From Candidatus Hermodarchaeota archaeon (GTDB taxonomy: Archaea > Asgardarchaeota > Heimdallarchaeia > Hodarchaeales > Hodarchaeaceae): a DNA stretch of 32,000 nucleotides. Where the stretch lies: the NCBI GenBank assembly GCA_048886185.1, contig JBHLKY010000002.1, positions 30,001 to 62,000 on the forward strand. Reading direction: 5' to 3'. Position 1 is the stretch's first letter, and every line of letters starts with the position of its first letter. Positions 25,417-32,000 of this stretch are shown piece by piece. A program made the translations under genes and the position numbers. The notes under the pieces are model-generated. The model ran no database searches. It saw only the letters and a program-made list of their open reading frames with translations, and had not been told where the DNA came from.

Positions 25417-27474
25417 ATGAGGAAGTTGAACACTTCTTTTTCATTATTATTGGCACTGATAATTTTAGGAAATACTGTTACCATGGAAAATGTTCATACT
25501 TCCACTAATAACCAAAAAAGAACCATAAACCTCACAATTCAACTCGTATTCATTGGTTATGACGAAGAAATATTAGATGTGAGCGTTTTTCATGAGCTAG
25601 GAGGCCTTACTGATTACTATCCTTATATTGAGACCATAAACCAATATAATATCTCTATTCAAACAAACCTGATCTCATGTGGCAGTGACTATTATCAATC
25701 CTTTCTTAATTACATTATGTCAGTAGCAAATTTCAGTGCAAGAACTTCAGAGCTGAATATAACTCTCCTAGAAGAAGATAATGTAGACCCCACAGATGGA
25801 CTCAAGTCAGATATCTTTTATGAACGAACAGGGATTTCTATCAATGCAACACTAGTATTGGACTACTTGAATAATTATCCTCCAATATCTCTTCCTAAAG
25901 ATCCTTGGACATATGAACTAATTTTCCTAAATTTAAGCACACTAGATACAGGATCATTGGAACATTGGTATGACATCTCAGAGATTGATTTTGATACGAA
26001 TCGAGTCTCTTCTGAATGGTATAGTGAATATGGAGGATTGTATGACCGTCCAGTGGCAGGATGGGGTGGAGAAGGTGAATCTCGAATTGTTTTCTTTGAC
26101 CCCTCGGCACTAGAGGCAATCTGGTACTTTGATTGGCTAGTAACAGATTATTACTGGAGTTATTTGGAATATTCAAATCCTTATGTTTATACAGATCTGG
26201 AAGATTATATTGCTGAGCATGAAACATATCAGCCAGCAGATTATAGCTTAGAAGTTTATTTGTACAATTTTACTTATGATATTCTTTATAATGATTTACT
26301 TGTTCTTCCATATGCTGTGTTAACACCTGATGTCCAAGATCTTTATTTTGAAATTGCTATAATTGAGAACTTCACTCGTGGATCAATTTTACAGAAGAAT
26401 TTAGAATTCATTGTAAATTCAGACAAAATTGTGGACGCTTTTGGAGAACTCCTCCCCTTTTTTGAAATTCATATGAATATTCATTGGTATTCCCTTAAAG
26501 ACTATCCTGAAATTCAAGATCTATTTGATAATGCTACAATAATTTATGAGGATTATTATCAAATTGAAGTAACTGAAGGGTCTCCACAATCAGTCTTTAG
26601 TTATCTTGCTGAGAATTTAGGAGTTTTTGTTGAAATTCATCCTGATGGAATAAACTTCCCAACACTGGCCTTTCTAATGAACAAGACACGTATGAGCTAT
26701 TATGGTACTAGATTTGGTGGATTAGGAGGAATGGGATGGCAATTGATTGCCTATCAATGGGATCGCTTCATGGATATTAACCAAAATCCCCCAGTCCCCA
26801 AAACAGGTATTAGTGACGTAATCATACATGAAGCAGGACATACATTAGGATTTGATCACCCTCATTTTGAAGATTATTGGTGTGGGGAATTTATTGATTC
26901 AGTTATGAGTTATTATACCATTAATAGTTATTTTAGCATGTTTGAACGAGATTGGTTACAATCTCTGTTGGTTCAGGAGTTATTATTTGGAGTAATTAAT
27001 GATTATGAAATCCTTGGACAAAGCTATTCGCTCTCCTCCCCAGAAGCGGTCGTGAATGCAAATAAAGAAGCAGTCGCTCTGCTTACTCAATCATGGCAAT
27101 CTTTTAAAAAAATGGATTTCCCATTATCATTCACTCAAGGAAGAGAAGCTGCTTTAAAAGTTGAAGCATTAGCCCAGATAATAGATCAGGTTGGCATAGC
27201 TGAAGATAATCCCTCATTTAATTTGCCCGAACCCACAATTACAGATACAATGGAGAGTTCAACCATTATTTCCACCTCGATATCGAAGACTTCAGACAAA
27301 ATATCCACTAAGACTCAATCGACCACGGAAAGAGATGATATCTCAACTTTTTCACTCCCTCCTTCAATGGAATTTAGTGAAACATCTTCTATTACGTCTC
27401 TTCCAATTCTAGGATTCCTTCTAGGTGTGCCAATTCTATATGTTTATCACAAAAGAAAGAAGAACTCTGTCTAG
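25417..27474 (+). CDS. Secreted, membrane-anchored metzincin-type zinc metalloprotease
   Basis: Signal peptide; HEAGHTLGFDH (HExxHxxGxxH) at 26827-26859; Met-turn SVMSY; Ser/Thr-rich stalk; C-terminal TM + HKRKK. Confidence 0.82.
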   Translation: MRKLNTSFSLLLALIILGNTVTMENVHTSTNNQKRTINLTIQLVFIGYDEEILDVSVFHELGGLTDYYPYIETINQYNISIQTNLISCGSDYYQSFLNYIMSVANFSARTSELNITLLEEDNVDPTDGLKSDIFYERTGISINATLVLDYLNNYPPISLPKDPWTYELIFLNLSTLDTGSLEHWYDISEIDFDTNRVSSEWYSEYGGLYDRPVAGWGGEGESRIVFFDPSALEAIWYFDWLVTDYYWSYLEYSNPYVYTDLEDYIAEHETYQPADYSLEVYLYNFTYDILYNDLLVLPYAVLTPDVQDLYFEIAIIENFTRGSILQKNLEFIVNSDKIVDAFGELLPFFEIHMNIHWYSLKDYPEIQDLFDNATIIYEDYYQIEVTEGSPQSVFSYLAENLGVFVEIHPDGINFPTLAFLMNKTRMSYYGTRFGGLGGMGWQLIAYQWDRFMDINQNPPVPKTGISDVIIHEAGHTLGFDHPHFEDYWCGEFIDSVMSYYTINSYFSMFERDWLQSLLVQELLFGVINDYEILGQSYSLSSPEAVVNANKEAVALLTQSWQSFKKMDFPLSFTQGREAALKVEALAQIIDQVGIAEDNPSFNLPEPTITDTMESSTIISTSISKTSDKISTKTQSTTERDDISTFSLPPSMEFSETSSITSLPILGFLLGVPILYVYHKRKKNSV

Positions 27475-27484
27475 ATGATTAATC

Positions 27485-28936
27485 ATGAGAACAGATGATT
27501 TTGAAATCAATGAAGATTCAATAGAAAAATTAGAGATTCTAATCAGTGAAGAGATGACCCGTTACAAGGTTCCTGGTTCAAGTATTGCTATTGTTAAAAA
27601 TGATCAGGTTATCTATTCTCAAGGATTCGGAGCACGAGATCTGAAGGGGAATCTACCTGTAACCCCTGAGACGCTCTTCAATATTGCAAGTGTTACAAAA
27701 TCAATAATCTGTCTTGGAATATTGAAACTAGAAGAAAAAGGTAAATTAAGTCGAAATGATCCTATTTTCAATTTCATACCTTGTAAACTAGGATTTAAGG
27801 AGGATCCAATTACAATACATCATCTCATGACTCATACATCAGGGATTCCAGAGATAGTTGGAGGAATAGCTCATTTGAACCTATCGATGGAGGCAAAAAT
27901 CGACACTCCATTCATACCATTTATGAGTTGGAATGATTTTTTTCGCCACATCAATGGTGCAACTGAATATGTCAGTGAGAGACCTGGAAGACATTTCTAT
28001 TACCAAAATTATGGTTACACTATGCTTGGACGGATCATCGAGGTTGTTTCGGGAATTTCATTACCTAAATTTATCCAAGAACACATCCTTTCCCCTTTAC
28101 ACATGAAGAAATCAACTTTTTTAAAGGATGAACTTGATAAACTAGAAAATGTCTCACTTGCCTATAAGATGGATGAGAAAGAAAAGCAAATTGTAGCTAC
28201 ATCTTATTACAGAGAAAATGAAATATTTGGGTATGCTCCTGGTGGTTTGTTCAGTTCAGTTACTGAATTAGCAAATCTAATCATCCTCTACTTGTATCAA
28301 GGAAGCTTTCAAGGAAATATAATCATTGATAGTGAAAAAGTTATGGCAATGCAATCAATACACTCTAAAGAGACAACAAGATCTCAATTATACAGTAGTA
28401 TTATTGGTTATTTTGGGAACGCAGGATATGGCTATGGACTAGCTGTTCATGAAAATTTTTTTGGTTACAGATTAGTTCATCATTCAGGGAGCTGGATCGG
28501 AGCGAGTGCTTGGATCGCGCTATTGCCTGAACTAAAGCTAGGAGTTGTATTTCTGGCAAATAAACACCCAAGCCCACGAATATTAGCTCTAAGTACTTTA
28601 GCAATGCTAATAGGAATTGACATTGACAAAGATTTTCCACTTTTCTCTTACCGTAATCATTTGGAAAAACTGACTGGTGAATATGAACTCTACAAAGGGG
28701 TGGGAAAAATGAAAGTAATATCTAAAGGAGGGATTTTATTTTATCAATATGACTATTGGGGAATAAATTCACCTTTAATCCCTGTTGAAAGTGAAAAAAA
28801 GGATCTAATTACCTTTGATTATTATCTTCTCACAGAAGTTGGTGGAAAGGATCCAGTTCAGTTTGAAATAGACGAAAATGGCACCATTTGGATGCATCAC
28901 GAGCGTTTGAAATGGAAGAAAGTGAGAAATCTATAA
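27485..28936 (+). CDS. Serine hydrolase, beta-lactamase class C/PBP-like family
   Basis: SVTK (SxxK); HHLMTHTSG; YQNYGY (YxN); APGGLFSSVTELA; HHSG; C-terminal extension resembling DUF3471; no signal peptide. Confidence 0.9.
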   Translation: MRTDDFEINEDSIEKLEILISEEMTRYKVPGSSIAIVKNDQVIYSQGFGARDLKGNLPVTPETLFNIASVTKSIICLGILKLEEKGKLSRNDPIFNFIPCKLGFKEDPITIHHLMTHTSGIPEIVGGIAHLNLSMEAKIDTPFIPFMSWNDFFRHINGATEYVSERPGRHFYYQNYGYTMLGRIIEVVSGISLPKFIQEHILSPLHMKKSTFLKDELDKLENVSLAYKMDEKEKQIVATSYYRENEIFGYAPGGLFSSVTELANLIILYLYQGSFQGNIIIDSEKVMAMQSIHSKETTRSQLYSSIIGYFGNAGYGYGLAVHENFFGYRLVHHSGSWIGASAWIALLPELKLGVVFLANKHPSPRILALSTLAMLIGIDIDKDFPLFSYRNHLEKLTGEYELYKGVGKMKVISKGGILFYQYDYWGINSPLIPVESEKKDLITFDYYLLTEVGGKDPVQFEIDENGTIWMHHERLKWKKVRNL

Positions 28937-29089
28937 TCACAGAGAAACTTACCCAAAAGTCATTCTATATTTAACTTGCATTTAAGATTCTGATGGCAAG
29001 TTTTCTCATAAAAGGAAAAAGTAATCCTTTTTTTCTAGACTATTAGATTTCAGTTTTTCAAGGAAAAGAGATGACTCCATTTTGATCCT

Positions 29090-29686
29090 TTAGGTCAATT
29101 TTTTAATCTCAGGATATCGAAAACAATCGATTAAATGATCATTAACTATCCCAATGGCTTGCATATAAGCATAGCAGATTGTTGGCCCAATGAAATTGAA
29201 GCCACGCTTTTTCAAATCTTTGCTTATGATAGTAGATAATTCTGTTGAGGCTGGAATGTCTGCTAATTTTTTAAAACGATTGTTAATAGGTTTATAATCG
29301 ACAAAAAACCAGATATATTGATCAAAAGAACCATATTCTTCTTGAACTTTTATAAACTGGTGAGCGTTATTAATTGCACTATTGATTTTTAGGCGATTTC
29401 GAATTATTCCTGGATTCTGAATTATTCTCTTAAAATCAATTTCAGAGAAGTTAGCTACTTTATGAACATCAAAATCAGCAAAGGCTTTACGATAGCTCTC
29501 TCGACGATTCAAGATGGCCGACCAACTAAGACCAGCTTGGGCACCCTCGAGAATGAGAAATTCAAAAAGCTCTCTATCATCATGTACGGGAACCCCCCAT
29601 TCCTTATCATGATAACTGACCATCAGGGGATCTGAACTAGCCCATTCACACCGTTTAACCAAAATATTCATCCCAATTATCGACAA
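29090..29686 (-). CDS. tag: DNA-3-methyladenine glycosylase I
   Basis: RCEW...YHDKEWGVP; LFEFLILEGAQAGLSW; IIRNRLKI; LKKRGFNFIGPTICYAYMQAIGIVNDHLIDC. The true start may be ATG29671. Confidence 0.96.
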   Translation of the reverse strand: MSIIGMNILVKRCEWASSDPLMVSYHDKEWGVPVHDDRELFEFLILEGAQAGLSWSAILNRRESYRKAFADFDVHKVANFSEIDFKRIIQNPGIIRNRLKINSAINNAHQFIKVQEEYGSFDQYIWFFVDYKPINNRFKKLADIPASTELSTIISKDLKKRGFNFIGPTICYAYMQAIGIVNDHLIDCFRYPEIKKLT

Positions 29687-29741
29687 ACAATTCCATTTAA
29701 AATGGGAGAGAAAATGAAAGATTGGTTAGGATTTTATAAAC

Positions 29742-32000
29742 TTACTTTTTTTGTCTTTTTCTGATAAAATCAACACAGATGATCATCGCAGTCAAAGTAA
29801 TGAGAAATTCAAATGCTGGTGCTGCTCCTTTCATCTCTGGAGGAATTATTTGTGTTGCTGCAAATTCTTTGCTTGACATCTCACCTTCATGTCGCTCGGT
29901 TGTCCAGGGGTAATTTTTCATTTCAAGAGATTCAAAATACATAATACTACTAGGAAGAGACTCAATTGAAATCCTTAAATTAACATTAACAGATTCTTTG
30001 TAGATGTTTATGTATAGATAACTCATACTTGAAACTGTTAAAATGAAAAATTCATCGATTGTTCCATTTACTGTATGCTTGCGTTCGTATTCATCAAACA
30101 CAAGTAGAGATGGAAGATTTCCACCGTGGACATACAATTGGTCAATGAACACGGCATCACCAGTTAAATGTACACTGATATTATAGAGTCTATAGGGCTC
30201 TAAAAGTAGTGGAATTCCCAAAATTTGATATCCAAACGGATCTTGATCACCTAATGCGATCGAACTAGTGCCACTTATACCTATTTGGGGAATAAAATAT
30301 CCATCGCCAATATAGTCTCCCGAAATAAAAGGATGATGATCTGCAGTAACTGAACTTGTTAATGTGAGAGTAGCTGAGTAGTTAACCGTCATAGTATTTG
30401 TGTTATCATATGCCTGGTATGGTCTTACAATGACAATAGGTACTTCAGATTTTAATGTGGTTAAATCAGAGTAGATGCCGACATCATCGTAATCCCAAGG
30501 ATAAAGTAAACCGCCTGTCTCATAATGCCCTATTTGTATCCATGAGGATGTAGGATAGATTCCTTCTCCATATTTTCCTATTATGCTGTATTCATATAAA
30601 ATGGCTTGGTGAATTCTATCAGAAGTTGAGAGATTTATTCGATTATACTGATTTCGCATAATTTGTGGCTCAAAAGCAACAAGGCTATTTGTATTGATAA
30701 TCACTGTTTCGGAGTCTGACGCTTCATTTATTGAAATAACATTAAACCTAATCATCGCCTCTGAATTACCTTTATAACGTACGAATACCGAATAATTCCC
30801 AGCTGGAATATATCTCCAATTCGTCCCCAGATCTCCTAGAGATTCACCATAAAGCCAACCATATTCTGGATTGAAGTAGTTATCGTTTGTTAGGTATTGT
30901 AAATTACCTGTTATTGAATCTTGAAGGTAGAATGAAAGAGAATAATCATCTGTCCAGTTTATCGCAAAAATTGAGGGAGTTATTATGGTGAAGTTATAAA
31001 ATTGATCTTCATCTAAAGAAATGTCTTCATTAAACCTAATTCCATCTGTAGTTTCAGCTTCTTTAGAAATTTCTGTGAAATATAGTGTGTATTCTAGATT
31101 CATTATTCCTATTGCGTGAATTACTAATGAGATATCACCGCTCTTACTCGTTGAAATTAACAATCCATTTTGATCAAGTGAACCAGAGTGGATTTGTACA
31201 TAATCTTCAATAAAATAGAAAAGTAAATCAGAGGGAGGTAACCCCCCAATAGATCCTAAGTGATCTATAGTGTTTAAATACAACTTATAGGACTTTCCTT
31301 CCTCTATTGGTAATGAGAAAATTCTTAAGCTAAATATATTGTTTTCCTCGTATGAAATGAAATCTGTATCTGTGTCTAGATTAAAGATACCACCTTGAGA
31401 AATCTCGCCTGTATAAGAAGTATTTAATTCTATTGTAGGTAGACTTGACGGAAGCTTCATTCGGTGAGGAGTAACTGTCACCAGTGATGTTTCAGACAGG
31501 GTTATTTCAAATGATTGTGTAATGGTCTCATTTTGCGGAAATACTGGATAAGTCATAGATTGATAATTAAGATAGTACATTGATGGTTCTGATTGGGTGA
31601 GCACAACCCATCCAAAGGCATCTTCGTCTCGTAGTTCAATATCTAAAAAGAATGGATCAGTATAATTTATTTGTCCCTTGTATGGAGTGTTTGCTTCTGC
31701 GAGAAATGTGAAAGAATAGTCTATATGGACATTGAAAGGTGTTTTTTGTTTTATCTGATAATCTGCCTCATTTCGGGATTCTGTCCGTACTGCTCGCGGA
31801 TATACTTCTGCATCTAAAAAAGGATTATAGGTCGATTGATAATCATCTGATCTTAAAAAATATCCCATATTTTCGTTTTGGGCTAGATTTGTAGAATATT
31901 CACTAAATCCATAAGATCCTACCTCTGTATAGTATGCTGCTCCTGATACCCCTAGGTATTCAACGTAAGGATAATATGTTCCAGGTTCAATAATGTAATA
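29742..32000 (-). CDS. Large surface protein, 5'-truncated by the window; repeated beta-rich modules and PAF-type C-terminal anchor
   Basis: The frame stays open from 31868 to 32000 (YYIIEPGTYYPYVEY...), so the track's ATG is internal. Y/F/S/T-rich; ends APAFEF + TM + RKRQKK. Confidence 0.85.
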   Translation of the reverse strand, partial: YYIIEPGTYYPYVEYLGVSGAAYYTEVGSYGFSEYSTNLAQNENMGYFLRSDDYQSTYNPFLDAEVYPRAVRTESRNEADYQIKQKTPFNVHIDYSFTFLAEANTPYKGQINYTDPFFLDIELRDEDAFGWVVLTQSEPSMYYLNYQSMTYPVFPQNETITQSFEITLSETSLVTVTPHRMKLPSSLPTIELNTSYTGEISQGGIFNLDTDTDFISYEENNIFSLRIFSLPIEEGKSYKLYLNTIDHLGSIGGLPPSDLLFYFIEDYVQIHSGSLDQNGLLISTSKSGDISLVIHAIGIMNLEYTLYFTEISKEAETTDGIRFNEDISLDEDQFYNFTIITPSIFAINWTDDYSLSFYLQDSITGNLQYLTNDNYFNPEYGWLYGESLGDLGTNWRYIPAGNYSVFVRYKGNSEAMIRFNVISINEASDSETVIINTNSLVAFEPQIMRNQYNRINLSTSDRIHQAILYEYSIIGKYGEGIYPTSSWIQIGHYETGGLLYPWDYDDVGIYSDLTTLKSEVPIVIVRPYQAYDNTNTMTVNYSATLTLTSSVTADHHPFISGDYIGDGYFIPQIGISGTSSIALGDQDPFGYQILGIPLLLEPYRLYNISVHLTGDAVFIDQLYVHGGNLPSLLVFDEYERKHTVNGTIDEFFILTVSSMSYLYINIYKESVNVNLRISIESLPSSIMYFESLEMKNYPWTTERHEGEMSSKEFAATQIIPPEMKGAAPAFEFLITLTAMIICVDFIRKRQKK

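Noticed and set aside
13561-28640. Remaining short antisense or nested ORFs in the track (e.g. 14326, 16271, 17398, 19733, 22242, 25895, 28401)
   Set aside because: All lie within well-supported genes and lack motifs or ribosome-binding sites.
27485-28936. True beta-lactam resistance gene
   Set aside because: SxxK/YxN motifs are shared by many esterases and peptidases; there is no signal peptide and the host is probably archaeal.
1-29686. Unified DNA-repair island (Hef-like, MmcB-like, MrfA-like, tag)
   Set aside because: The genes are separated by many unrelated genes; there is no evidence of co-regulation.
1-32000. CRISPR array, tRNA/rRNA, IS element or prophage
   Set aside because: No regularly spaced repeats, cloverleaf or T-loop signatures, transposase, integrase or phage structural motifs were found by eye.

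Overview
An AT-rich (roughly 33-35% GC by eye), gene-dense archaeal window. It is most consistent with an Asgard archaeon (Heimdallarchaeia/Hodarchaeales-like). That assignment is inferred from archaeal TATA/BRE promoters, GGTGA/AAGGAG ribosome sites, PGF-type C-terminal anchors, a double-HTH Lrp protein and an M28-FtsX fusion. Recognisable genes: an MmcB-like PD-(D/E)xK nuclease, a TPR/Zn-ribbon protein, an M28 peptidase-FtsX permease fusion, an Hrq1/MrfA-like DExH helicase with DUF1998, three membrane-anchored surface proteins, a LuxE-like synthetase plus LuxC-like reductase pair, a HAD phosphatase, tldD-pmbA, a GH130 glycoside phosphorylase, a HEAT-repeat protein, an Lrp/AsnC regulator, a DUF4037 protein, a serine hydrolase and 3-methyladenine glycosylase I. 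No rRNA, tRNA, CRISPR array or transposase was seen. The best candidate for a new system is 12062-15901. There a GC-elevated luxE-luxC-like acyl-reductase pair, lacking luxA, luxB and luxD, is bracketed by two small Cys-rich proteins. These two are clear paralogs: they align without gaps over FCLxxKx5CPxxCxxFVxGx12Y[DE][VL]EC, and each is built from two 4-ligand metal-binding-like halves. All family calls come from motif recognition, not database searches.
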